This document shows, piece after piece, positions 18,767 through 26,805 of a stretch of 43,597 nucleotides of DNA (positions are counted from its first letter, which is position 1; each line of letters starts with the position of its first letter). The translations under genes and the position numbers were made by a program. The stretch comes from a virus (Duplodnaviria > Caudoviricetes): positions 1 through 43,597 of the IMG/VR virus record IMGVR_UViG_3300037423_001234. The stretch is one strand, 5' to 3'. A model generated the notes under the pieces. That model was not told where the DNA came from. It saw only the letters and a program-made list of their open reading frames with translations, and searched no databases.

Positions 18767-20313
18767 TGGATGCTTCTTTAATACGATACTGGTGGATGGG
18801 TTCTAGTGGAGTATCCGGCGACAATTCCAGTAACACTAATTCATCGAATCAACAGATTGTCCTTTTAATCGGAGACTCTATAGCTCAAGGTCAAAACAAC
18901 TCTGTAAAGGGTCCAGGCCCAACACCTACAGCCGGGACAGTCTATTATTATGTTCGTAGCGGAAACTCTATCGCACAAGTCGGAGCCAGTGACTTAGCTC
19001 TAGCAGCTAACCCCCCGAACGATGGCAGCCCATGGCCTCAAATGGGTATCTCAAGATATAATGCTAGTGGATACAAGTCAGTGTTTGTGTCTACTGGTAT
19101 TGGTGGGTCTACATTCTCAGCGGCTGCTGGTAATAACGACTGGTCAACAACAGGAAATAATTACGCCTTGATGCTTACCGATTGGAACAATGCAAAGGCG
19201 TTGATCGGAGTCACAAAACCTCGCGTAATCATTATCTCACTCGGTACAAATGATATGGGCTCCGCTGTGGCTTTGGCTACGGTGCAATCTGATATTGCCA
19301 GTTTATTCTCAAGGCTTCAGTCTGATTTTCCTGGGGTGGACATTCTTGTTCTTCAGCCTGGAATCAACACCGTAACCACAGGATCAAGACAGTGTGCAGT
19401 ACGTCAATATATAAAAGCCATTGCTGAAAGCACTTCAAATGTTTACCTGTTTGGTGGACTTGTGGGAGCTTTGGGCGCCGGCCGAATAGTCTTCAATAAC
19501 GTTCACCCGACACAGCCCGGAAACAATGACATAGGGGATCAGTTTGCCAGGTTCTTAGCTAATTCGACTTACTCAAAATGGTCACGTAGCATAATTGCGT
19601 CGCATTGGAACGAGCCTTCAACGACTCATAAAACGAACCTCGCTACCCTGATTGACAATAACCTGACATCATACTTAAATCTTGAATTCCTGTTCATTAA
19701 TAAAACAGATCTCAACAGGAACGCATACTTGGATTGGTCGATGTTGTCAGTTGCTCGCGCATTTGGTAGCCCTTCATTCAATGCGAATTCCGGGATTCCT
19801 TTCGATGGGGCAACTCAGTATATAACCACAGGCTGGCAGCCCTCAGTTTCAGCTTACAAGTCTTCTGTAAACGATCAGTTCATTGCAGCTAAGATAAAAA
19901 CAAACAGTAAGGCAGCGGGCACAGCGCAGACATTAATAGGCGGCCGTAACGCAGGTGCAACCAGTTACATGGTGATAAGGCAGTCCTCTTCGAATAGCCT
20001 GATCTACATGAGTAATGATGGGACATTCACAACGGATACAACAGATTCCGCTTTTCAAAATGCGGCGGCGTACGTAAGCGGAAGAAGCGGAACGAGTAAA
20101 TTCTTTTGGAAGAACGGTGTACAGCTCGCAACAGTATCACAGGCAAGCGTTTCGGCACTGGATCAAGAGGTAAGCGTTGGAGGGCAAAACGACGCTGGTA
20201 CTGAGAGTGGCTTCTTTGGTGGGGAAGTTGAAGCTATATGGGGAGGAAAATACAGCGGTGTAGATCACGCAGCATGGTACACAGCTTTGAAAAGTTACCT
20301 TGACAATTATTAA
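18766..20313 (+). CDS. SGNH/GDSL esterase domain plus C-terminal lectin-like beta-sandwich (putative virion-associated deacetylase)
   Basis: LIGDSIA (block I), GIGGS (II), SLGTND (III), NNVHP (V); LamG-like C-terminal half. Confidence 0.75.
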   Translation: MDASLIRYWWMGSSGVSGDNSSNTNSSNQQIVLLIGDSIAQGQNNSVKGPGPTPTAGTVYYYVRSGNSIAQVGASDLALAANPPNDGSPWPQMGISRYNASGYKSVFVSTGIGGSTFSAAAGNNDWSTTGNNYALMLTDWNNAKALIGVTKPRVIIISLGTNDMGSAVALATVQSDIASLFSRLQSDFPGVDILVLQPGINTVTTGSRQCAVRQYIKAIAESTSNVYLFGGLVGALGAGRIVFNNVHPTQPGNNDIGDQFARFLANSTYSKWSRSIIASHWNEPSTTHKTNLATLIDNNLTSYLNLEFLFINKTDLNRNAYLDWSMLSVARAFGSPSFNANSGIPFDGATQYITTGWQPSVSAYKSSVNDQFIAAKIKTNSKAAGTAQTLIGGRNAGATSYMVIRQSSSNSLIYMSNDGTFTTDTTDSAFQNAAAYVSGRSGTSKFFWKNGVQLATVSQASVSALDQEVSVGGQNDAGTESGFFGGEVEAIWGGKYSGVDHAAWYTALKSYLDNY

Positions 20314-20319
20314 ATACAA

Positions 20320-20421
20320 GTGTCTGGCTTAGTAGCCATACTGATTGTAATAACAATGGCCCTCTTGAATAAGTATGTACATAAGAAAAGGCAAAAGAAA
20401 TGGAATCAGCACAAATCTTAA
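20320..20421 (+). CDS. Small hydrophobic/cationic peptide (33 aa, not in ORF track)
   Basis: GTG start; MSGLVAILIVITMALLNKYVHKKRQKKWNQHKS fills the gap before the lysis genes. Confidence 0.5.
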   Translation: MSGLVAILIVITMALLNKYVHKKRQKKWNQHKS

Positions 20422-20582
20422 ACGGCACCATTGACCCTAATTGGGTTCTTACATTAATCGTTGGCGTGACAGCGTTCTTACTCGTGAGAATACTAAACCG
20501 TATCGAAAAGAAGCAAGAGGTTCACGACAACAAATTAGAGGATCATGAAGTCAGGATAACGGTAATCGAGAGGGACAAATGA
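20400..20582 (+). CDS. Holin-like single-TM coiled-coil protein
   Basis: TM helix WVLTLIVGVTAFLLV followed by HEVRITVIE; lies before the lysin candidate. Confidence 0.55.
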   Translation: MESAQILNGTIDPNWVLTLIVGVTAFLLVRILNRIEKKQEVHDNKLEDHEVRITVIERDK

Positions 20583-20983
20583 AAACGATTAAACTGGAAC
20601 GTGTTTATTTGCCCACTGAAACACTAGGATCAATCTACGATGAGGACGGCACTTTGATATGCAAATCCATGGAATTACCAAACAAAGGTAACCAGCGCGG
20701 GATTTCCTGCATCCCCGAAGGAACTTATAAAGTAAGACGCGAACCAAGTTCACCAAACCACGAATACCCACACTTCAGAATTTATGATGTGCCGGATCGT
20801 GACGGCATTCTCATTCACAAAATCACCTACGTTTCAGGATTGAAAGGATGTATTGGTTTAGGTGAATTCAAGGATTTGAATGGAGATAGCGTACCGGATA
20901 TGATTAACTCAGGGCTCAACCTACAAAAGCTATATGACCTCATGCCTGACGAGTTCGACCTCGTTATAAAGAAGAAAAGATGA
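20579..20983 (+). CDS. DUF5675-family protein, putative peptidoglycan peptidase (endolysin slot)
   Basis: L.R.....T.G, ELP......SCIPEG.Y, VP.R.GILIH......GCI..G motifs. Confidence 0.8.
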   Translation: MKTIKLERVYLPTETLGSIYDEDGTLICKSMELPNKGNQRGISCIPEGTYKVRREPSSPNHEYPHFRIYDVPDRDGILIHKITYVSGLKGCIGLGEFKDLNGDSVPDMINSGLNLQKLYDLMPDEFDLVIKKKR

Positions 20984-21216
20984 GCCGGGAGGAAATTAAA
21001 AAATATCTACCAGACAGTCCTAAAGAGTTCGCTCAGATTGGAGGTGCCATTGCAAGACTTGGTACTGCTATGAGTGGGGTTCTTTTATTTGCCGCTGACA
21101 AATGGTGGGTTATTGGATCAATGGCTTTAACATGGCTGGGACACGAGATAAACAACTACTTTAAAATACATGCTGACCAAATACCTGATTCCGATAGTAG
21201 CGATACTCAGCCTTAG
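20980..21216 (+). CDS. Putative holin (two hydrophobic segments)
   Basis: Two TM-like stretches; coupled to the lysin candidate. Confidence 0.5.
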   Translation: MSREEIKKYLPDSPKEFAQIGGAIARLGTAMSGVLLFAADKWWVIGSMALTWLGHEINNYFKIHADQIPDSDSSDTQP

Positions 21217-21463
21217 CGCTGGTTCTGCTGGAACGATTTTCATTTCTAAGGCTACTAGACCGGTTATGACCTGCCCTCAACCACCCGCCTGTAATTGCCC
21301 GCCAGCTACCGAAGTGCACTTAGCGGACTTCGATGTAGAGAAATTGAATAACAAAAGAGGAACGTTTAATTACAATCCTTCAATATCAAATGTGAGGTTA
21401 GTGATCGAGGCAAAGGATACAGCCGTCTTTAAACAGATGATAAGGGAGGCTTTGAAAAAGTAA
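21170..21463 (+). CDS. Membrane-anchored Pro/Cys-rich protein (spanin position)
   Basis: N-terminal hydrophobic segment; CPQPPACNCPP; last gene of the late operon. Confidence 0.5.
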   Translation: MLTKYLIPIVAILSLSAGSAGTIFISKATRPVMTCPQPPACNCPPATEVHLADFDVEKLNNKRGTFNYNPSISNVRLVIEAKDTAVFKQMIREALKK

Positions 21464-21496
21464 GGGGTCGTAGTGGACACTATTTTTTAGCTTTTT

Positions 21497-21527
21497 AGCC
21501 TTCCGGGATTTAACGGGAGGTTTTTTT
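21497..21527 (+). terminator. Intrinsic terminator ending the late operon
   Basis: GCCTTCCG-loop-CGGGAGGT stem followed by T7. Confidence 0.8.
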
Positions 21528-21677
21528 ATTTCGCTCATATTCCGACAGTTTCTTATCTATGGCTATAATTTCATCTTTGAATTTTTTGGCCTTTAGAATG
21601 TCCGGAGCAGCCTCCCAAAGCTCACGTAATTTATTCCTACGCTCTCGCAATGATTCATATTCCTGTTCTGTAATCAT
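21510..21677 (-). CDS. Small coiled-coil protein (55 aa, not in ORF track)
   Basis: MITEQEYESLRERRNKLRELWEAAPDILKAKKFKDEIIAIDKKLSEYERNKKTSR; TACATTTA promoter-like element just upstream. Confidence 0.6.
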   Translation of the reverse strand: MITEQEYESLRERRNKLRELWEAAPDILKAKKFKDEIIAIDKKLSEYERNKKTSR

Positions 21678-21711
21678 TTTTTAAATGTACATTTTTTTTA
21701 TCTTCGCCTGA

Positions 21712-21801
21712 ATGGTTAAAGATCTAAGACTATTCCTCCGATACAAGCACTTTAAAAAGAACAAAGTAGTTGCTGATGCGCTGGGGTATGTTCCGAAATG
21801 A
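21712..21801 (+). CDS. Possible 29-aa leaderless peptide
   Basis: MVKDLRLFLRYKHFKKNKVVADALGYVPK; TATCTTCG element at 21699-21706. Confidence 0.35.
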   Translation: MVKDLRLFLRYKHFKKNKVVADALGYVPK

Positions 21802-21803
21802 TT

Positions 21804-21954
21804 TTACTTTTTGCTCTCCTTGTATCTTTCGATCAGGTCGTCAACGGCATCAATTAAACCTACCGGGATACGCCTTACAACTGTCTTGAAGTTTGAAGCC
21901 GGGTTTTCTACCGGCTCCTTTACGTTTGCCTCCGTGTGTTGGTTTTTTTGTCAT
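21804..21954 (-). pseudogene. Frameshifted small DNA-binding protein (GGKRKGAGRKP + RHH-like tail)
   Basis: ATGA-coupled start; the protein-like continuation KTVVRRIPVGLIDAVDDLIERYK is in the +1 frame after AAA CCC G. Confidence 0.5.
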
Positions 21955-22271
21955 CTATTTACACATTTTGGGAGTGTGCAATTTGGCCAATCGCAAGCAC
22001 TTTGGCAATCAAGATTCTTTATTGCTCTTACGCATTCAGGATGACACATTGAATAATATCTACCGGATTCTGTCTTAACATCTATTCGTAAAAAATCTTC
22101 ATCTGGATCTGGTGAGCAATGAGATGCGATTGTTTCACCAGGAATCCACTCATCCACAACAAGTATTTCAATTTTGGTGCCTGTGTGAAACTTCCTATCT
22201 AAATCAGAACTTGCAATGTTTCCTTCGAATGGCAGCTCTATTTGGTCGCCGGTCAAAAGTCTGTTGTCCAT
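21951..22271 (-). CDS. Hypothetical protein with Cys-rich C-terminus
   Basis: Start re-called at MDNRLL (ORF track gives 22337). Confidence 0.6.
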   Translation of the reverse strand: MDNRLLTGDQIELPFEGNIASSDLDRKFHTGTKIEILVVDEWIPGETIASHCSPDPDEDFLRIDVKTESGRYYSMCHPECVRAIKNLDCQSACDWPNCTLPKCVNR

Positions 22272-22414
22272 GTGTGTTGTTTTTGAAGCTTCTTTAATTC
22301 GCGCTTTGAAATCGTTTGATTTCCGCCTCTGTTCCAAGAGATAGATACATATTTACCAATGATTGAAATTACTTTAAAGTCTACTACTTGTTTCACCTGA
22401 TCAATTGTTGTCAT
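22253..22414 (-). CDS. Hypothetical protein (53 aa, not in ORF track)
   Basis: MTTIDQVKQVVDFKVISIIGKYVSISWNRGGNQTISKRELKKLQKQHTWTTDF; first gene after a divergent promoter. Confidence 0.6.
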   Translation of the reverse strand: MTTIDQVKQVVDFKVISIIGKYVSISWNRGGNQTISKRELKKLQKQHTWTTDF

Positions 22415-22531
22415 AGCCGTATTGTTTAATTGATATGTAAATATACGGATATATATCTATCTTCCAAAAGATACATATCATATTTTTCACAATTTTTTAC
22501 ATTATATTGCACAAAAGATAGATACATAAGT
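22415..22531. promoter_or_regulatory. AT-rich divergent promoter region with repeated AGATA(G/C)ATA boxes
   Basis: TATATTTA (- strand) and TATATTGC (+ strand) Bacteroidota -7-like elements; repeats at 22454-22477 and 22516-22528. Confidence 0.55.
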
Positions 22532-22897
22532 ATGGCTGAATTGATCAAGGATATTATAGGCTACGAGGGTCTTTATCAGATTACCAGCAAGGGGAGGGTA
22601 TTGAGATCCGGAAGAAAGAAACGTCTTGTAAACGGTAAATACATTGAACTTCCACCAATTGAACTGAAGGCCAGCGGAAAAATAGGCTATCCATGTGTTT
22701 CTTTGAACAAAGGTGGAAAGATTAAAACGTTCTATATCCACCGACTTGTTGCAATTCATTTTATTCCAAATGATGACCCGTTGATAAAACGTGAGATCAA
22801 TCACAAAGACAAGAATATCTTTAATTACAACGTGAGAAATCTGGAATGGTGTACCAGGTCTGAAAATGTAAAGCACGCGAAGAAACATAAAAAATAG
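22532..22897 (+). CDS. NUMOD4-HNH endonuclease
   Basis: KDI.GYEGLYQI...G.V (NUMOD4), HRLVA..FIPN, INHKD.N..N....NLEW.T..EN; start re-called at MAELIK. Confidence 0.9.
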   Translation: MAELIKDIIGYEGLYQITSKGRVLRSGRKKRLVNGKYIELPPIELKASGKIGYPCVSLNKGGKIKTFYIHRLVAIHFIPNDDPLIKREINHKDKNIFNYNVRNLEWCTRSENVKHAKKHKK

Positions 22898-22912
22898 TTT
22901 CAGGGTATGTTC

Positions 22913-23416
22913 CTAAGTAGGTTTACGGGTGATCAATTTGTCAACTTCACTCAGTCTTTCACGAAGTACTACCCGCATGTCATCAACTTCAATCCACTCG
23001 TTTTTATGCAGTATTTTCATTCTACCACAGGCTGACTCCAGCATCAAGAGAATTTTAATTTGAGCCTTCAGTTCAATCATTTCAATTTGATTAGCCGTAA
23101 TGTCCTCTTGTGATTCTACAGGCTGCTCAGGCTGCTGAATCATCGTAGTGTGATCGGTTGCTACTGATGGTGGAGTGTCTTTGTAAAGTGATAGTTTTTC
23201 AAAAGAAGAGTTAGCGATAGCAACTACTGATTTTTGATGGCCATACTTACAAGGCTGTTCTCCTTGATGATAGCAAACGTGATGCATTGGCCTTTGATTT
23301 AAATCCGCTCCGCACTGTGAGCATTGCGATTCTGTTCCGATTATATTATTCATAGTTTTAAGTTTTTCAGGCTGCTGGGGTTCTACTATACGGGCGACTG
23401 ATTTTTCCTTTTCCAT
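22913..23416 (-). CDS. Hypothetical (mosaic) protein
   Basis: Open frame in the early operon; repeated QQPE motif. Confidence 0.55.
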   Translation of the reverse strand: MEKEKSVARIVEPQQPEKLKTMNNIIGTESQCSQCGADLNQRPMHHVCYHQGEQPCKYGHQKSVVAIANSSFEKLSLYKDTPPSVATDHTTMIQQPEQPVESQEDITANQIEMIELKAQIKILLMLESACGRMKILHKNEWIEVDDMRVVLRERLSEVDKLITRKPT

Positions 23417-23424
23417 AGAAATAT

Positions 23425-23637
23425 TTATTTATTTTCTATTTGGTTAATGGCATCCAAAAGTTCAGGTATGCGCTTATCGGCCATTTTTAAACTTTCACTG
23501 AAAGCTTCAAGGGAGGCATCACGTTTGAATGTGTGGTGCGGTTCAAGTCCATCCAATACTTGACATGCTTGCTGCCGGTAAGTCATTTCGTCCCGCAAAG
23601 CATTTTTTAAAAGCCAAAGGGCATAATTGTCTTTCAT
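23425..23637 (-). CDS. Hypothetical protein
   Basis: Tiles the operon; A-rich start. Confidence 0.65.
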   Translation of the reverse strand: MKDNYALWLLKNALRDEMTYRQQACQVLDGLEPHHTFKRDASLEAFSESLKMADKRIPELLDAINQIENK

Positions 23638-23652
23638 TATTTTTAGGTTTTG

Positions 23653-24210
23653 TTACGGTAATAGACTGTTGATACTTTCATTGCTCATTTCGTTTGATTG
23701 AAGTTCAAGGTTGAATTGTTCTTTGAACTCACGATAGGTTACTTCTTTATTGACGTATTTGGTGCGCCAAAGTGCATACCATTTCCAGTACATCTTATTA
23801 GCGAGCATCATCCATTGAGTAAATTTGAATGCGTTTAGCTTCTTCGGTTTTTTAACTACCTCCAAGGATTTGAATTCTTGGTGGACATAGATTAGGCCGT
23901 AATTACCTGAAACCTCTTCCTTTGCTATAAGTCCAGCCGGGCAGACGTAATAAAAATAATTGGCTCCTTTGGAGGTATCAGAATGCTTACCCTTCTTTTT
24001 ATCCGCAGCGTAGTCACTACGGCTTATTTTGATTTCAAATTCTCTCGTTTCTCCATCTGCCGTCATGCACCAATAGTCACTTTCCCAACCATAAATAAAC
24101 GCCCTTGGTATCCTGAACGGAAATTTTCGACTGTCAAGCCAATCCGACAAGGCTTTAATGATCGACTCTTCACTCAGTTCATTATCGCTCTTATCTGTTA
24201 TTACTTTCAT
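23653..24210 (-). CDS. PD-(D/E)XK nuclease-like protein (MmcB-like)
   Basis: ESD.......EFEIKISRSDY..D..K and NYFYYVCP.....YGLI motifs. Confidence 0.75.
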   Translation of the reverse strand: MKVITDKSDNELSEESIIKALSDWLDSRKFPFRIPRAFIYGWESDYWCMTADGETREFEIKISRSDYAADKKKGKHSDTSKGANYFYYVCPAGLIAKEEVSGNYGLIYVHQEFKSLEVVKKPKKLNAFKFTQWMMLANKMYWKWYALWRTKYVNKEVTYREFKEQFNLELQSNEMSNESINSLLP

Positions 24211-24422
24211 ACTTTTTTAGGTGCAGGAGTATTGAACATTGAATTTTGCTGTATCGGTGTAGCGTCTGGAAATGGTCTCCTATCAACGATAGTACCCTGC
24301 TTATTAACGCCAGCGTATCCGGATTGCATCAGTTCGTAGGTATCGATCAGATCTTGTCGACCTGCATCTTTCAATTTTTGTTTTGTCTCGTCAGTCATAT
24401 CTGTTATTACTTTATTTTCCAT
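24207..24422 (-). CDS. Hypothetical protein
   Basis: ATGA-coupled; SGYAG....G.IVDRR..P.A motif. Confidence 0.65.
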   Translation of the reverse strand: MENKVITDMTDETKQKLKDAGRQDLIDTYELMQSGYAGVNKQGTIVDRRPFPDATPIQQNSMFNTPAPKKV

Positions 24423-24425
24423 GAG

Positions 24426-24611
24426 TCAGACGTATTTATTTCGTTCGTGCTTTTCGAGGATTGCGATAGCTTCATTAAGATTTTTTACCATTTGTGTCCT
24501 TACTGCATAAGCAGGGCTATGGCCTTTATCAATGGCATCCGTAGCAACTTTTCCTGTGATCCGATACTTTTCATCCGCAAGTACTTTTATGGCCCTGTCA
24601 AATCGCTTCAT
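24426..24611 (-). CDS. Hypothetical protein
   Basis: Coupled overlap with the upstream gene. Confidence 0.6.
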   Translation of the reverse strand: MKRFDRAIKVLADEKYRITGKVATDAIDKGHSPAYAVRTQMVKNLNEAIAILEKHERNKYV

Positions 24612-24871
24612 ACTTTTTGTGATTTCAATTTTTCAATCTCTTCAAGTAGCTTACTATTGGTTCCCTCTAGTTCTTTTATCCTGGATTGAGCCTTATCATA
24701 ATCACCAATGTATTCAGTTATTAGTTCTCTGGTTCGCTCCCTTGCTTTTGATGTTGACCACTCTTCTCTAGGTGATGGACTTTTAACATGCGCCCAAACC
24801 TCACGGTCTAACCTCCACGCAAGTTCCTTTAAAAGCATTTTGTCAAAGTGTTCTATGTCAGGGTCACTCAT
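24608..24871 (-). CDS. Hypothetical coiled-coil protein
   Basis: Tiles the operon. Confidence 0.6.
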   Translation of the reverse strand: MSDPDIEHFDKMLLKELAWRLDREVWAHVKSPSPREEWSTSKARERTRELITEYIGDYDKAQSRIKELEGTNSKLLEEIEKLKSQKV

Positions 24872-24876
24872 TTATT

Positions 24877-25086
24877 TTAATTTTTAAATCCTGGCCTTAT
24901 TATTAATCTAAACCATTCTCTTGGTACCACTTTTTCTCCATTGCTGTTTATAAGCCAAAATCCTTGCCGGTGTGGCTCGTTATAGTAAACGGCATTGTTT
25001 AAGCGCCCTACAAGATGAACGACTTCACCATTCTCAGGAAGTTCATTTTTACCAACCTCGAATATTTTGATTTTTTCTTCTGTCAT
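24877..25086 (-). CDS. Hypothetical protein
   Basis: Tiles the operon; ELPE.GE.V motif. Confidence 0.6.
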   Translation of the reverse strand: MTEEKIKIFEVGKNELPENGEVVHLVGRLNNAVYYNEPHRQGFWLINSNGEKVVPREWFRLIIRPGFKN

Positions 25087-25135
25087 AAAGTTTATTTTTT
25101 AATCCTTTTGTCTGGTTGTTCTGGTTTATCTGTTG

Positions 25136-25366
25136 TCATTGAGCCTTATTTATTTCTAGTTCTTCAATAGTCCATCCGCGTTTCTCAAACAAATACCATA
25201 GCTGCGAAGCTTCATGCCGATCGAGATTAGGAATCCTAGAAAGCCACATGTTTGCAAAGTTCACTTTGGTTTGCCACAACTCTGTGGATACAGTCTCTTT
25301 CCAGATGGCGCCGGTTTCATCCCTTACAAAAAAGACTTTTGGTGGATAGTATTTTTTATCGCTCAT
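25136..25366 (-). CDS. Hypothetical protein
   Basis: Tiles the operon. Confidence 0.6.
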   Translation of the reverse strand: MSDKKYYPPKVFFVRDETGAIWKETVSTELWQTKVNFANMWLSRIPNLDRHEASQLWYLFEKRGWTIEELEINKAQ

Positions 25367-25411
25367 TTTGTTTTATTTATTTATCTGTTTCGCTCATAGG
25401 GGGGAGATAGA

Positions 25412-25804
25412 TTAGTTTAGAATTTGTACATCGTCCGGAATCTTGATTTGGAAAATTGCCTGATACGTTCCGCCTACCTTACACCGTGTGAAATCAAATT
25501 TTCTGCTGAAGTATCGATGATCCGAAACGTCAAATGCTATCCGGCCAGGTACAGACTCGATACAAGCGAGTGCTTCATCCTCCTTTGTCATTGGACGGCC
25601 TTTACCGGCACGAACTATTAATGAGGCCTTACCGCGATCGGCTGTCATGCTTCCATTTGAGCAACAAATAACGATGTCACCTTCCGGTATCATGTTTTTC
25701 ATTCTGGTTTCAATAAGCTTTTTCTTGTCCCTCAACCATGAGTAGAAATGCCTACCGCCCGGCTCATCTAAAAGAATTATTGCGTTGTAAATTCTATCGC
25801 TCAT
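25412..25804 (-). CDS. ASCH/PUA-like domain protein
   Basis: KK.IETR.....GD.VIC motif. Confidence 0.65.
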   Translation of the reverse strand: MSDRIYNAIILLDEPGGRHFYSWLRDKKKLIETRMKNMIPEGDIVICCSNGSMTADRGKASLIVRAGKGRPMTKEDEALACIESVPGRIAFDVSDHRYFSRKFDFTRCKVGGTYQAIFQIKIPDDVQILN

Positions 25805-25837
25805 TTTTCGTTGATCTTAAATGTGAATATCCTTTCT

Positions 25838-26284
25838 TCAAATTTTGTGGATCATACCTTTTGCCTCCTTCAACTCGTTAACTCTTTGAGTGTAGTAGTC
25901 GATGTTATTTTGAAGCAGCGCGATACTCGTATGAACTGTCTGCTTTGAGGCTATTTCCATTTTATCCCAGGTCTGATGACCGTAAACTTTGTTCATCTGT
26001 TCTTTGTACACTTCACGGCGGCCGCCTTCAAATCCATTGCACCTTTTGCACTGAGCATGGTTATTCATTTCGCTGAACTTAGTTGCTTTGTGCTGTCGTG
26101 GTATGCCGTGTCCGCAATCCATCTTTGTATAATGAGCGCGGTGATTACAGGTGAAGCATTTACATATCCCGTCTTTATCGGAATCTCTGAGCCTGATGTA
26201 AAGCGAGAAAATATCCCACAGCTTGTCCTCCAATTTCTTGAGATCGGTTTTAGACTTCTTTTTTGTTTTTCTGTAGTACAGCAT
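25838..26284 (-). CDS. ninG: NinG/Rap-like endonuclease
   Basis: FS.YIRLRD....CFTC......DCGH......F.E.N.HAQC..CN. Confidence 0.88.
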   Translation of the reverse strand: MLYYRKTKKKSKTDLKKLEDKLWDIFSLYIRLRDSDKDGICKCFTCNHRAHYTKMDCGHGIPRQHKATKFSEMNNHAQCKRCNGFEGGRREVYKEQMNKVYGHQTWDKMEIASKQTVHTSIALLQNNIDYYTQRVNELKEAKGMIHKI

Positions 26285-26287
26285 AAC

Positions 26288-26491
26288 TTATGGGGTGACT
26301 TTTGACAGTTTAAAGTGAAATGACTTTCCATCGCCATAGCAAATTGATTCGTTCGCATTCAGTTTTCTCAGATCGACTTTAACACCCGGGACCGCTGTAA
26401 TCATGTGCGTTCCCTCGTACTTTTTGAAAACATCCGCATAGTCTCTTCTGATTGCCTCTTGATCCAGTTTTACATATTTTGAAGTGTTCAT
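26288..26491 (-). CDS. Hypothetical protein
   Basis: Tiles the operon. Confidence 0.55.
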   Translation of the reverse strand: MNTSKYVKLDQEAIRRDYADVFKKYEGTHMITAVPGVKVDLRKLNANESICYGDGKSFHFKLSKVTP

Positions 26492-26530
26492 AGTTGTTTT
26501 GTTTTTCTATTCTAAACCTCCGGTAGGTAT

Positions 26531-26791
26531 CTATCTGTTTTTCCAAATCCAATCAGGTATCGGTTTGCCCTCGGCTTCATATCGTTCATGTGAGGCTTTT
26601 CGCCAACTGAAGTCCAATTCCTCGGTAGTGCATTTAAGGCACATACCGTGATACTTTTCGCTCAAGTGTGAATTGTCTCTGATCCATTCATCGTGGTTGA
26701 AAAGCAATTCGTCTCCTACATGAACTTTCTTACGCTTACCACATACTGTACATATCTTGTACTCATACTGATCGTCTGGTTTTAAAGCCAT
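26531..26791 (-). CDS. Zn-finger-like hypothetical protein
   Basis: CxxC...HGMCxxC. Confidence 0.6.
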   Translation of the reverse strand: MALKPDDQYEYKICTVCGKRKKVHVGDELLFNHDEWIRDNSHLSEKYHGMCLKCTTEELDFSWRKASHERYEAEGKPIPDWIWKNR

Positions 26792-26805
26792 AATATTTCA
26801 AGTTT

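Noticed and set aside
5866-20313. Diversity-generating retroelement or invertible fibre cassette
   Set aside because: No reverse transcriptase or invertase ORF, and no TR/VR-like duplicated segment seen by eye.
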